DNA of 63,992 nt, the filler included, from Sanchytrium tribonematis (taxonomy: Eukaryota): the NCBI GenBank assembly GCA_018985235.1. It is 6 parts of 6 records of this genome, joined end to end, with 100 filler letters (N's around TTAATTAATTAA, not from the genome) between each part and the next. Parts side by side here need not be neighbours in the genome. Positions count along the whole stretch, not along the records: positions 45,461 to 56,654 come from JADGIG010000269.1; positions 56,755 to 63,992 come from JADGIG010000451.1; 4 more parts are not named here. One strand, given 5' to 3'. The position numbers and the translations under genes were made by a program. The notes beneath the pieces are model-generated. The model was not told the DNA's origin. It ran no database searches and was given only the letters and a program-made list of their open reading frames with translations. The first letter of the stretch is position 1; every line of letters starts with the position of its first letter. Shown here in pieces: positions 45,361 through 57,020 of the stretch.

Positions 45361-45460
45361 NNNNNNNNNNNNNNNNNNNNNNNNNNNNNNNNNNNNNNNN
45401 NNNNTTAATTAATTAANNNNNNNNNNNNNNNNNNNNNNNNNNNNNNNNNNNNNNNNNNNN
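45361..45460. other. Artificial contig linker
   Basis: N-TTAATTAATTAA-N, 100 nt. Confidence 0.98.
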
Positions 45461-45462
45461 CC

Positions 45463-45642
45463 ACCAAGAAAAAGGCCGAACCGAAAGAAGCAAATCAGGC
45501 TGATTATGGTGAAGCTGAAATAGAAATAATAGAAGAAGAGGAAGAAGTGCAAGACGACGACGATAAATTGCTTGACAAAATGAAAAAGAAAAGTAGAGCA
45601 AAAAAAGTATCAAAGGGCAAGACCACGAAAAAGAAAAAATAA
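45463..45642 (+). CDS. Acidic/basic C-terminal fragment of a gene cut by the contig start
   Basis: Hand translation TKKKAEPK...EEEEEVQDDDDK...KGKTTKKKK*, stop within AATAAA. Confidence 0.6.
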   Translation, partial: TKKKAEPKEANQADYGEAEIEIIEEEEEVQDDDDKLLDKMKKKSRAKKVSKGKTTKKKK

Positions 45643-45654
45643 ATATTTATAATA

Positions 45655-46287
45655 CTAATCAAACATTCCTCGTTTAGTCATTTCTTCCTGCAAATCTTTC
45701 ATTGGAATTAATTCTTTGACATCCATCAGCTCAAATTCAGTACTAAAGCAAATAATATGAGCGAAAAGGGAATTAAGATGGGCCTCTGTGTTCGTGGATA
45801 ATATTCTTAGATAATGGCAATAATAAATATGAGAAAGTATCCTTACAATATGCTTTAATATTATTTTGATAATTGGAATCGTTTCTTTTGAAAAGGGCAT
45901 CCCATATTTTGTAGGGAATAGACCTTCATCGTCAAATTGCTTTTGTATCCAAGTCGTAGCCAACTGCACATATTCCGGAGCACTCGCCTTTATCAATTTT
46001 TTTTGTGAATCGGTCCAGAGGTATTCCTCTTCACCAGCAGAAAATACAGGACACTCTTTGGTGGTACAGATATCATTAACAACATCGAAAAATAGTATAG
46101 TATGTGAGTAAAAATCAAAAACATGAGAAACAATCCATTCGTCTTGATCTAAATTCAAAGGGCACTTGACAATTTGCTTAAAGGATCCTTCAACCACAAA
46201 TTGTCCAACTTGGGGCTCATTCAAAAATTCTTTTGATTCTGGAGCCGTTCTTGGTCTCACAACTTTGCTACCTTTTCTAAAAAACAT
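45655..46287 (-). CDS. MOB kinase activator (Mob2-like)
   Basis: IVKCP, EWIVSH, YLWTD, APEYV, FPTKYG, HIYYCH, EAHLNSLFAH. Confidence 0.9.
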   Translation of the reverse strand: MFFRKGSKVVRPRTAPESKEFLNEPQVGQFVVEGSFKQIVKCPLNLDQDEWIVSHVFDFYSHTILFFDVVNDICTTKECPVFSAGEEEYLWTDSQKKLIKASAPEYVQLATTWIQKQFDDEGLFPTKYGMPFSKETIPIIKIILKHIVRILSHIYYCHYLRILSTNTEAHLNSLFAHIICFSTEFELMDVKELIPMKDLQEEMTKRGMFD

Positions 46288-46427
46288 ACGATATGAGTTT
46301 CAGATTTGGAATACCCAACTCAGCGAAACGATGCAGAAAATGCTTTCAAGCAACGTTTCTCGTTAGCATTGGAACGCGCTAGTCTTCATTTTTATTAAAG
46401 TAGCCACGACTATTCAAGGAATCAAGG

Positions 46428-47552
46428 ATGCAACAATTTCTTCAAAAAAGCGGAATCGGAAAACACACAAAGAATAGATTGCAAGGGAAATTAACATTGC
46501 AGAACATGGAAAAATGCAGTTTGGATTTGGATCTCTGTCACCAGTTGAGTCTTATTGATTTTAAGATTAAAGATTGCAAAATAGACTTGTCAATCGATCG
46601 CAGTATTAAAATACGAGACGATGACATAATTTCAAATTTAGGTTTAAAAAATGCTATTCGTCTACGCTCTTTTGCGCTGGAATTATTAAATTTTAAATTG
46701 AGCGTGTCTGAATCTAGTTCGACAACTTTGAAGATTAATATTTCGTCAAAAAGAAAAGCAGATCATTTAGATAATGACTTTTCAGAAATTTACCAACCTT
46801 GTTCTATTAAATATGAGATACTACATGACACGCTCTATTTAGGAGCTAGATATAACAAATTAGTGCGAACTTTGTCTCAAACACCTTTTTTTATTAAGGG
46901 CGAAAGAAAAGGTGATAATAGTGTTTCTGAGATTATCGGAAATCATTTTTCCAATTTAGTTGGTTCCTCGGACTACAATATGATTAGTTCTGGGCGTGAA
47001 GATTTGAATGTGAGGTGCCTAGGACGTGGAAGACCTTTCATAATTGAACTCAAAAATCCTACGAGAACAAATTTTAATTGGGATGATGAGCAGAAAAGTT
47101 TCAATCTAAAAAATTCAGGACTGGTTCAGCTCCATTACCTCACCGATGTTCCAAAAGCATCATTAACAATTATCAAAAATGGGGAAGAATCGAAATGCAA
47201 ACACTATGAGTGTGATTTGGCTTTCAGTCAGTCTTTAAGTGAGGATGATATTATTGCTTTAAATAGGCTAGATCTTCCTTTAAAAATTCAGCAGCAAACT
47301 CCGGTTCGTGTTGTTCATCGAAGAGCTAATTTGGTCAGAGAAAAACTGATACATAGCTTCAAACTAGATGGTAAAAGGCTATTGTTAAAAACCAGTGCAG
47401 GTATGTATATTAAAGAATTTGTGCATGGCGATCTTGGCAGAACGAAGCCAAGTTTAAGGGATCTGATTAAACAATATTGCGAAAAGGAACTTTGGTGCGA
47501 CATCAATAATCTAGACATAGTCGATGTTGACATGGAGTGGCCTCCGAAATAA
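46428..47552 (+). CDS. PUS10: tRNA pseudouridine synthase Pus10
   Basis: YNKLVRTLSQTP, SGREDLNVRCLGRGRPF, QQTPVRVVHRR, AGMYIKEFVHGDLGRT. Confidence 0.95.
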   Translation: MQQFLQKSGIGKHTKNRLQGKLTLQNMEKCSLDLDLCHQLSLIDFKIKDCKIDLSIDRSIKIRDDDIISNLGLKNAIRLRSFALELLNFKLSVSESSSTTLKINISSKRKADHLDNDFSEIYQPCSIKYEILHDTLYLGARYNKLVRTLSQTPFFIKGERKGDNSVSEIIGNHFSNLVGSSDYNMISSGREDLNVRCLGRGRPFIIELKNPTRTNFNWDDEQKSFNLKNSGLVQLHYLTDVPKASLTIIKNGEESKCKHYECDLAFSQSLSEDDIIALNRLDLPLKIQQQTPVRVVHRRANLVREKLIHSFKLDGKRLLLKTSAGMYIKEFVHGDLGRTKPSLRDLIKQYCEKELWCDINNLDIVDVDMEWPPK

Positions 47553-47605
47553 TAATTGTTTTGTTATCTACCTTCTGGTAAAATAAATTTTTTTTAAACT
47601 CCTCG

Positions 47606-48217
47606 ATGGAAAATTTGGTTCCCCAAATCGACGAGTTTGATCCATTGCAAGAAGTGGTCGCAGAGAAGAAGCGTATAGCGAAGCCCAAAGTTTCGCTAGA
47701 ACAGCTGAAAGATCCACTTTTAAATTTACAGCATCATGTAGATCTTCCTTACGATGGAATACAATATATTAAAGAGCTGCTAAAAGTCAACCAAGAATTT
47801 GCACACAATGTATACCCGGGAATGAGATTCGAGGATTTTTTGCTTGATGTAAATAAAGTATGTGGCAGTAAAGAATGGAAATCCTGGCATTTCGCTCAAA
47901 TTCGCGAAGATATGGGAATTCTTGCAAATCAGCAAGATATTGAAGATATAGGTACTGATGAATTGGAAGAATTAGATAAATTTGTAGTTGATGACAAGAA
48001 AAATCAATCGAGCGAAAATAAGGAATATCTTATCCAATATGATGAATTGGATACTAAATCACAAGGATCTGAAAAATCTGTTGAAATGCTTCCTTTGCAG
48101 AAAATGGAGATTGAAAGCGATGTAGAAATGCCAAATGCTGAGGATGAAGAGAAAGAGAAGAAACTCAAGCGTAAACAAGCTTTGGAACTATTGAGGAAAC
48201 GAAGAACTGAAGAATAA
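47606..48217 (+). CDS. Replication fork protection subunit Csm3/Swi3/Tipin-like
   Basis: KKRIAKPK, LLKVNQEFAHNVYP..RFEDF. Confidence 0.72.
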   Translation: MENLVPQIDEFDPLQEVVAEKKRIAKPKVSLEQLKDPLLNLQHHVDLPYDGIQYIKELLKVNQEFAHNVYPGMRFEDFLLDVNKVCGSKEWKSWHFAQIREDMGILANQQDIEDIGTDELEELDKFVVDDKKNQSSENKEYLIQYDELDTKSQGSEKSVEMLPLQKMEIESDVEMPNAEDEEKEKKLKRKQALELLRKRRTEE

Positions 48218-48310
48218 TTGCTTATCCCAAGTATAATTTATACAGTAAATACATTTTTAGACGAGAATAACGTTTCAAGAAATAAATACTGGATTTTGCA
48301 ACAAAAGGAG

Positions 48311-48535
48311 ATGGACATTCTTAACCCTAGACCATTTTTGAACAACTGCATTGACCAGCCGGTCCATGTTCAATTGAAGTGGAATTTACATTATGTGGGA
48401 GTTCTCAAGTCATTCGACTCATATTTCAACATTGAACTATCAGAAGCTGTTGAGCATTCAAGTAAAAAAGAAATCGGAGAAGTTGGCCACATATTTATCA
48501 GATCTAACAATGTGAAATATATAAGAAAGCCATAA
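48311..48535 (+). CDS. SNRPF: snRNP core protein SmF
   Basis: LNPRPFL, VQLKW, DSYFNIEL, IFIRSNNVKYI; real ATG at 48311. Confidence 0.9.
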   Translation: MDILNPRPFLNNCIDQPVHVQLKWNLHYVGVLKSFDSYFNIELSEAVEHSSKKEIGEVGHIFIRSNNVKYIRKP

Positions 48536-48571
48536 TTATGTAAGTTAGCAATAAATATTGAGCGTAAAGTT

Positions 48572-48853
48572 TTATTCTCCAGTTCTTTTAATTGGTTCTG
48601 CTGGAATATAACCTCCTTCGATTAGCCTCTCTCTAGCTTGCAATCTAGCCCATGTGGAAAGCGAAGTATCAGGCTTAAATGCAAATGCAACACCAAACAC
48701 AACCATACTTCCAATAAATCCATAAAAAGGCATTTCCCACCATTCCAATTTTGTCCTCTTTATTTCATTAAATAAAAAGCCGTAGGGCTCTTCAAACTGC
48801 GGCTTTGCTCCATGTCCTGCTCTCAATACTCTGCAAGTACGAAAAAGATTCAT
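48572..48853 (-). CDS. Complex I ESSS/NDUFB11-like subunit
   Basis: Mitochondrial presequence, EPYGFLF, WEMPFY, FKPDTSLSTWAR. Confidence 0.82.
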   Translation of the reverse strand: MNLFRTCRVLRAGHGAKPQFEEPYGFLFNEIKRTKLEWWEMPFYGFIGSMVVFGVAFAFKPDTSLSTWARLQARERLIEGGYIPAEPIKRTGE

Positions 48854-48999
48854 CTCCTTTGTAATAAAGTCAGGTTGCGATTTGAAAATGTACCTAAAGA
48901 TATTTAAGCTATTGGCTTTCGAAAATTCAATTTCAAAAATATGTTGATCAGTGAGATAATGAAACTGGTAATTGAGTTCTCGGCCAACAGGGAGATGAA

Positions 49000-49875
49000 A
49001 TGAAACTCAAACTTTTGCTTTGCCGGCATGGCGAGACAGAATTGAATAAGAGAAGGATTTTACAGGGTCAGGGTGTTGACGCATCGCTTAACGACACTGG
49101 AAAAGCTCAAGCTTCAGCTTTGTGCAAGAGACTAAAGGAGATGAATGTGGACTACCTTGCGGTAACCAAATTGAAGAGAACTTCAGAGACTGCAGCCGAC
49201 TTGAATATGAAATCAGTTCAATATAAAGAACTGAATGAAATACACTGGGGAAATAAAGAAAATACCCAGAATCCTGATCTCAGTGATATTTTGGATCAGT
49301 GGAAAATAGGCAATTTTGATTGCTCCGCACCTGGAGGTGAATCTCCAAATGATGTGAAAAAGAGGTCAATACTTGGAGTATTCAAGATTCTTGACGATGC
49401 AAATGGATTCAAAACAATTGCTGTTATCGCACATGGAAGATTGCTTCGAATTTTACTTTCTCAATTAATTCACAACTCTTTGCATTTCATGGCTCTCATT
49501 CTACACTCAAATACCTGTGTGAATGATATTGATGTTTTGATTTTTCCATCTCACACCTCTTGGGAAACACCAACTTATTTAACAGATCTTGAGCCTTACA
49601 GAGATAGTCTCTCAGATATTTATCATGATTTAAAGCCCAATGGTGCGGATTTGTATTTTTTACACCGTCAACTTTATGACATTGAATACAAGCAATTCAC
49701 CATTGACCCCACAACTCCTTCAACTCCGTCCTACGATAATGTTCAATATTCTGACTGCTACTTTTACAAAGAAACAAATTGGGCTTCTGTATATGGATAC
49801 AAAAGCAACATTTATGTATTTATTGTACTAAAAATTAATAACACTGATCATTTGAAGCAACTTGCAAATAATTAA
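49000..49875 (+). CDS. Histidine phosphatase (phosphoglycerate mutase-like)
   Basis: RHGET, LNDTGKAQA, LNEIHWG, GGES, IAHG. Confidence 0.9.
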   Translation: MKLKLLLCRHGETELNKRRILQGQGVDASLNDTGKAQASALCKRLKEMNVDYLAVTKLKRTSETAADLNMKSVQYKELNEIHWGNKENTQNPDLSDILDQWKIGNFDCSAPGGESPNDVKKRSILGVFKILDDANGFKTIAVIAHGRLLRILLSQLIHNSLHFMALILHSNTCVNDIDVLIFPSHTSWETPTYLTDLEPYRDSLSDIYHDLKPNGADLYFLHRQLYDIEYKQFTIDPTTPSTPSYDNVQYSDCYFYKETNWASVYGYKSNIYVFIVLKINNTDHLKQLANN

Positions 49876-50094
49876 AATCGTAATAAAATGCGGTTTCTTG
49901 ATACTTTCAACAATGGCTGTTTCTTCAATAATTTTCAGGCCATTTTCTTTCGGTACAAAATCGCATGTCAAAACGTGTTGGAACACGCCAATGAAGTTGC
50001 GAAAAATCAGGCACGTTTGGAGATGAGTGGTATTGCCAAGAGTTGCCGAATCATAGATATTCAATTATAATATGAATCCATCCTTTAATTAAAT

Positions 50095-51579
50095 ATGACA
50101 GTGGATAATTCGTTTTATCTGTTGATTATAGGATTTGTTGTAAGTTTTATGGATGCTTTTGGCATGGGTGCGAATGATGTTTCTCATTCTTTTGGCACAT
50201 CTGTGGGTAGCGGTACACTATCTATGCTACAAGCATGCATCATTGCGGTATTCACTGAGTTTATAGGTGCAGCATTGCTCGGAAGCAACAATGCCAAGAC
50301 CATTAGTGGCTTAGCAAAATCGGATTATTTTGAAAAGGATCCAGATCAAATGATGCTTGTAATGGTATGTGCGCTATTAGGAAGCAGCATATGGACCATT
50401 TCCTCAGCGAAAATAGGTCTTCCGGTTTCTAGTACTCACTCGATATCGGGTGCAATAATTGGAGGTGTTTTAATTATCAATGGGCCCGACTATGTTAATT
50501 GGTCGCTTGCGTCTGGTGTAGGGAAAATTGCTATTTCATGGGTAACATCTCCCATCATTTCGGGCATTGTAGCGTCCCTTATATACCTCATTACCCGCAC
50601 ATTTGTTTTAAGACATAAGGATTCCTACAATAGGGGCAAAATTGCTGTGCCATTTTACTTCTCCTTCACAGTTTTTGTAGATGCTTATCTGATTATCAGC
50701 CATTCGGGAATATCAAAAATGTTTTCTCCTACGAATCAATTATTGATTGCAATTGCAGCCTGTGGGCTGTCATTTATATTTTTTGCGTTCTTCATGGTTC
50801 CCTGGATGCACAGAAGGATTGCAAATAATGAAGATTTGAGGTGGTACCATATGTTGTATATATTTGCAGTACCGCCTAGACCAAAGAAAACATTTAAATC
50901 GCATTGTGATGAAGAAAAAAAAAGCATAACAAACTATCAAGCATAACAAGCAAAATAACTCGAATTATGCTAAGCAACGTAACAAAGGACATTAATGAGG
51001 ATACTGCAGACAATATCATGGATCTCCATGACAAAGTGGAAAAGTTCGATGATCAGACCGAAAGACTTTATGGATATGTTCAGGTTCTTACAGCCATGTT
51101 TGCATCTATATCTCATGGAGCAAAGTATTCTTCATTGATTTAGTGATGTAGCTAACGCTATTGGACCTTTGGCTACAATATATTATATTTACGAAAATAG
51201 TGCTGTCACAAATTCAGTACCAGTGCCAATAGAATTGCTAGTTTTTGGTGGATTTGCTATAGATGTAGGCTTGTTTACCATGGGTTATCGACTTATGGCC
51301 GTATTGGGCAAAGAAATGACATATATGTCTCCATCAAGAGGTTTTGCAGCTGAACTGGGAGTTTCCTTAACTGTCATTAGTGCAGCTGCACTTGGAATAC
51401 CTGTAAGTACTACTCAATGCATATGTGGAGCAACTGCTGGCATCGCTTTAGCTAGTGGAAATTTAAAGGCTTTGAATTGGAAACTAATGGCGAAAATTTT
51501 TGGAGGTTGGATCATAACAATGCCTATTGCGGGCTGTATTTCTGCATTATTTCTTCTTATTCTATCCCAAATATTCTAA
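50095..51579 (+). CDS. PiT/Pho89 phosphate transporter copy 1 (19-nt intron 51125-51143; frameshift at A9 run 50915-50923)
   Basis: GANDV signatures in both halves, PVSSTH, PVSTT; frame is one nucleotide short relative to copy 2. Confidence 0.85.
51125..51143 (+). other. 19-nt spliceosomal intron (PiT copy 1)
   Basis: GTATTCTTCATTGATTTAG. Confidence 0.93.
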
Positions 51580-51751
51580 ATAAAGTCCTATTTTTGAAGC
51601 CGTTTTAGTGAATTAGAGAATTCATGACTTGGTAAAAACGGTCAAAAATGTGGAAAAACGTGGGGTCGCGGACCAATAAAATCGATCGTAAAAATAAACG
51701 TTTTCTCATTTAAATGCAGTTTTATAAATGATTTAACACTGGTTTTAACAT

Positions 51752-53249
51752 ATGGGATTGGAAAATGCAGTTTGGCTAGTTGTGATGGGTTTCATTGTGG
51801 CATTCCTCGATGGGTTTGGGATGGGTGCTAACGATGTTTCTCATTCCTTCGGTACATCCGTTGGAAGTGGAACATTATCAATGCTTCAAGCATGTACAAT
51901 CGCTGTATTCACTGAATTTTTGGGTGCTGCATTACTTGGCAGTAATAATGCTAAAACCATTAGTGGATTGGCCAAGGCAAGTAATTTTGAGAAAGATCCT
52001 GGACTGTTGATGTTAGTTATGGTCAGTGCCCTACTAGGATCTAGTATTTGGACAATCACTTCTGCAAAGATCGGCTTACCTGTATCAAGTACTCACAGTA
52101 TTAGTGGTGCAGTAATTGGCGGTGTTTTGATATTATATGGCGCAGACTTTGTGAATTGGAGCATTCAATCAGGCGTAGGTAAGATCGCAATTTCATGGGT
52201 CACATCACCAATAATTGCAGGGATTGTTTCTGCGATAATTTATCTAGTCACTAGAACATTTGTTTTGAGACACAATGATTCATATAAAAGAGGTAAAATT
52301 GCTATTCCCTTTTACTTCTCATTTACAATATTGATTGATGTCTTTTTGATTATGAGCAAATCTGCGTTAGCTACATCTGTCAGCTTAACGTATCAATTGG
52401 TAATTTCTGCAATTGCATGCTTCGCATCATTCATCTTTTTTCTTTTCTTTTTTGTTCCTTGGATTCATAGGAGAGTCTCAAATGACGAAGATTTAAAATG
52501 GTATCACATTTTCTACATATTTGCTGTTCCAAAACAACCTGTTCGAGAAGATCCAGAACTTCAAGATGAGGAACAGAATTTGATTCCGGACAAGAAATTC
52601 ATTAAAAGAGCCACAAACAAAATATCTAGTATTATGTTAAGCAACGTCAAGAAAAACATGCATGAAGAAACTGCAGAGCATATTGAAGAATTGCACGACA
52701 AGGCAGAAAAATTTGATGAAAAGACCGAAAGACTATATGGATACGTTCAAGTGTTGACGGCAATGTTCGCATCTCTTTCTCATGGAGCAAAGTACTATTT
52801 GTTTATTTAGCGATGTTGCAAATGCAATAGGCCCTTTAGCAACCATTTATTATATATATGAGAATAAGAATGTATCCTCATCTATTCCAGTTCCAATCTG
52901 GCTTCTCGCGTTTGGAGGATTTGCCATCGATGTTGGTTTATTTACAATGGGTTATAGATTAATGGCCGTTTTAGGTAAGGAAATGACATATATATCTCCA
53001 AGTCGAGGATTTGCGGCTGAATTGGGTGTTTCTCTGACGGTTATTACTGCGGCTGCACTTGGAATACCTGTGAGTACGACACAGTGTATTTGTGGAGCAA
53101 CCGCTGGAATTGCTCTTGCAAGTGGTAACTTTAAGGCTCTTAATTGGAAACTAATGGGTAAAATTTTTGGCGGTTGGATCATAACTATGCCAATTGCTGG
53201 ATGTTTTTCTGCGTTGATATTGTTTATATTCACCTCAGCCTTGAAATAA
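51752..53249 (+). CDS. PiT/Pho89 phosphate transporter copy 2, two exons (19-nt intron 52792-52810), 492 aa
   Basis: GMGANDV; splice restores SHGANDVANAIGP; PSRGF, PVSTT. Confidence 0.95.
52792..52810 (+). other. 19-nt spliceosomal intron (PiT copy 2)
   Basis: GTACTATTTGTTTATTTAG. Confidence 0.94.
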
Positions 53250-53305
53250 AAAAGCAATAAATTTCATAAAATATAACTTCTCCTACGTTTTTGAAACCAC
53301 ACAAT

Positions 53306-56300
53306 ATGTATTTTGCTCTAAAGGAAGCTCATGAAGGAAAAGTGGCACTGCAAAAATCAGAAAAATCCAAGACTGTGGCTGTTATCGTTGCAATGTGTTT
53401 AAATTTAGGCATTAATCCGCCAGATCAGGTCAAGCCAGAAAATTCCGCAAAATTGCTAACTTGGCAACTTCCGAAAAATAGTGATACCATCATTCGAAAT
53501 GTCCAAATGCAATATCAACTTTGGCATCCAAGAGCAAAGTATAAGCTGCTGCCAGATCCTAGCTTAGAAGATCTTAAAAAAGTTTGCGTAGCCTTAAGAA
53601 AAGCTGCAAAAAGCGACAGAATACTTATACACTATAACGGTTATGGTGTACCCAAACCAACTTCGAATGGAGAGATTTGGGTATTCAATAAGCAATATAC
53701 CCAATATTTACCGGTAAGTTTACACGATTTGCAACATTGGACTCAGTCTCCATCTATTTTTGTGTGGGATTGTAACAATGCTGGAAATCTTTTAAAAGCT
53801 TATAAAAAGTTTGCCGCACAGAAAGATAAAGATTTGAAAGACTTGGATTTGCCCTTATTTACTGACAACATTCAATTTGCAGCGTGTCAACCAGATGAGA
53901 GTGTTCCGTTGCATCCAGATGTACCAGCTGATTTTTTTACAAGTTGCCTTACAACTCCTATAATAATCGCTTTGCGATGTTGGGTTTTGGAAAACAGAGA
54001 CAGATTTCCTGATATTGATATTGACAAACTCATTGATTTTCCTGGAAAATTAAACGATAGAAAAACGCCTTTGGGCGAATTAAACTGGATTTTCACCGCT
54101 GTCGTAGATACCATAGCCTGGGGATTATTTCCGCGTGACGATTTTAAAAAGCTTTTTCGAAATGACTTGCTCGTGGCTGCATTGTATCGCAATTTCCTAC
54201 TTGCCCAAAGACTCATGCGCCAATATGGTTGCACTCCAATATGCGACCCGCCAGTTAGCATCTATGCTTATCGGCATCATCTTTGGAGTCAATGGGACGT
54301 TGTTCTGGAAAAGGCCATAAAACAGATTCCTCAAATCATGAAAGAGGAGACAGATGATAAACGTGATTTTGATAATTATGAACATTCGTCTTTTTTTAGT
54401 GATCAATTAACAGCTTTTGAAATTTGGCTTGAACAGAGAAGTGGTCATGTGTATAAATCTCCTGAACAATTACCAATACTTTTACAAGTGTTGTTGAGTC
54501 AGGCTCATAGAAGTCGAGCGCTAATACTACTTGCTAAGTTTTTGGATCTAGGAGCCTGGGCCATTAACGAAGCACTTAGTGTTGGTATATTTCCTTATTG
54601 TTTAAAGCTTTTACAGAGCCCTGCTCCGGAGCTTCGCCCAGTTTTATGTTTTATTTGGGCAAGATTGCTAAGCATCGAAAGTGACTTTCAGAACGATATT
54701 GTTAAAGATAACGGTTTTTTATATTTTTTTCAAGGCATGGGTACCCAATCCTACGATTATGATGAAAAAACTTTTTATTCATTATATTTAGTTAATTGTG
54801 CATTTGTTCTAAGTAAGTTTGTCAAAAATCACAATATTGGAAAAGATTTGTGCATGAAAAACGGACTGGTTCAATTGATATGCCGCCAATTCCAAGAGCT
54901 AAATACGGACGATCTAAGTGACGAAATAGTTTTAAGTAAGGAATGGCTACTGTATGCTTTAGCCTCCATCTGCGAAGACTTCAAACAAGCAATTACTATT
55001 GCTAGTAACGAAAATGCTTTAACTTTAATTTTACCATATTTACAACACAAAATACCAAGAGTCAGAGCAGCAGTAATTCATTGCTTGAATTCTCTTTTTA
55101 GTATAGAATTATTTGACAAAGATATATTATTAAATGCAGTCAGCAAAGCTTTGTATTTTATTAGTGATATTAGCGTGCTTGTACGATTGGAGCTTTTGAG
55201 TTTCGTCACAAAAATATTAAGTCAGTTTTCAGAAGATTTGAGTCACATCATTTTGTTACATTTGCAGGAAATTAAACACAATGCTACTTTTGAGTTAAAG
55301 AAGAAGCACAATGTTAGTCCTTCTATGGATTCTCCAGTCGAAAAAGACAAATTTTTGGATTCTGTTTGGAAAGCTTTGCTTATTTTTAGTGTTGATCCTC
55401 ACGATGAAATAAGGCGTGAAGCGCAGGCGTGCCTCGACGCACATATCATTACTTTCTTTGGGTCTTGGCAGGAACAAGACAAGAGAATCACGGATGAATT
55501 TTCAGCAACAGACTCAGTTATCCAGGTCATAAAGTTGTCTCAAAAGCCATTTTTACGAAAAACCAAATCTTTTGCTGACTCTCTCAGACATTTTACTCAA
55601 AATATTTCTACTTCTTCACCTTTTACTGCTCCTTCTCAGCAGGGTCTCTCTGCTCCACATATTTTAAATCATAAAATTCATGAAATGCTAAGACACATCA
55701 TTGTGAAGCCTCACTCATTTAACTACGCATCGAAATTAATGATATCTACGTTAGATTCGCAGTATTCGATGCCGTTTAATAAGGAACAAACCAATACCTG
55801 TCATTTCTTGATGGACCACAATGTTCAGGTTTGTAAGAAATATTCTCAGATATCTAAATTTGAGTCTCTGAAGTATTCAATTCCAATTGATTACAAATGC
55901 GATGACTTTGTATTCCATCCAGCAGTCCCTCTCTCACTGACTGTATCTAGAATGCATGACCAGTCTCATATATACGCTGCAGATTCTGGAAATTTATTAT
56001 CCACGATACATGACAGATTCGCGGAAAATCTTGTGATTTCAAATAGTATATTTGTAAATACCTCAAGCACTGTAAATGTGCTCAATACATTCTGTATTTA
56101 ATATTTATTTAGTAGACGGCAGCATTGGTGTGTATAAAATGAATTTTGAAGAAGTATTGGATGCTTTAAAGTCAGGTTCGAAAGTCGTTTCAACCAAAGT
56201 TCATGGTAGTCGGCCTTTAACTGATATCATATTTCCAAATCCTAAAACTGAAATTATAACCGAATGGCATGAGCAAAGTGGTAAATTATTTTTTACTGGA

Positions 56301-56654
56301 AGCTGTAAGATAATCAGAATATTTGATATGAAAACAGAGTTGAAGCATCAGGAAATTCATTCAAGAAGCAGCGTGGATATCTCCACTTTTAGTATTGACC
56401 ATGATGGAAGTTTATTTTTGACTGGATTTGCTGATGGGATGTTGAGAATGTTTGATGTTCGGTCAAGTACGAGAGATTCAATGGTATTTTCTTCTAAAGC
56501 TCATAAAACCAAGCTTATGTGCTCTAAATTGCAAAAATATGGAAAATATGTCTGTTCTTGTTCAAAGGATGGTGACTTGAAAATATGGGATATCCGAGCG
56601 ATGTCTTTTCCCTTGGTGACTAGCAGCGTTGAAAACAATGTTTATAGTTGTGAT
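53306..56654 (+). CDS. KOG1: TORC1 subunit Raptor/Kog1 (19-nt intron 56094-56112), cut by contig end
   Basis: MCLNLGINPPD, HYNGYGVP, KTPLGELNWIFTA, LPILLQVLLSQ; WD40 tail after the intron. Confidence 0.96.
56094..56112 (+). other. 19-nt spliceosomal intron (KOG1)
   Basis: GTATTTAATATTTATTTAG. Confidence 0.88.
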
Positions 56655-56754
56655 NNNNNNNNNNNNNNNNNNNNNNNNNNNNNNNNNNNNNNNNNNNNTT
56701 AATTAATTAANNNNNNNNNNNNNNNNNNNNNNNNNNNNNNNNNNNNNNNNNNNN
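56655..56754. other. Artificial contig linker
   Basis: N-TTAATTAATTAA-N, 100 nt. Confidence 0.98.
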
Positions 56755-56985
56755 GAAGCAATATAATTGATAAAATCTTGGAAAATGAGAAAAAGACACA
56801 ACATTTGAATTATTTGGTAACATAATTAGTAATAAATGCATGAGTATAGCAATAAAATAATAAACTATTAGCTGTAATTGCAACTCTGGAAGAGGCCATC
56901 GAAATTTCAGATATATTATTAGCGTGAGTAGAATGAAAAGATGAATAATCAATTCGAAAATAAAAAAAAGATCAAATTGTATCAT
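56755..56985 (-). CDS. N-terminal fragment of a hydrophobic membrane protein
   Basis: ATG-initiated ORF with two TM-like stretches running into the linker. Confidence 0.4.
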
Positions 56986-57020
56986 CCTGAATATGATTTG
57001 TTGGCATTCAAATATTTAAT

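Noticed and set aside
48218..48310. N-terminal extension of SmF in the ORF track
   Set aside because: It uses a TTG start; the real ATG at 48311 follows AAGGAG and gives canonical SmF length.
48305..48313. AAGGAG before ATG as a Shine-Dalgarno site (bacterial origin)
   Set aside because: The genes are eukaryotic, spacing is 0-25 nt, and the motif occurs about equally in reverse orientation.
49000..53249. Phosphate-acquisition gene cluster (histidine phosphatase + two PiT)
   Set aside because: It is explained by a simple tandem duplication; the phosphatase substrate is unknown and PhoD is on a different contig.
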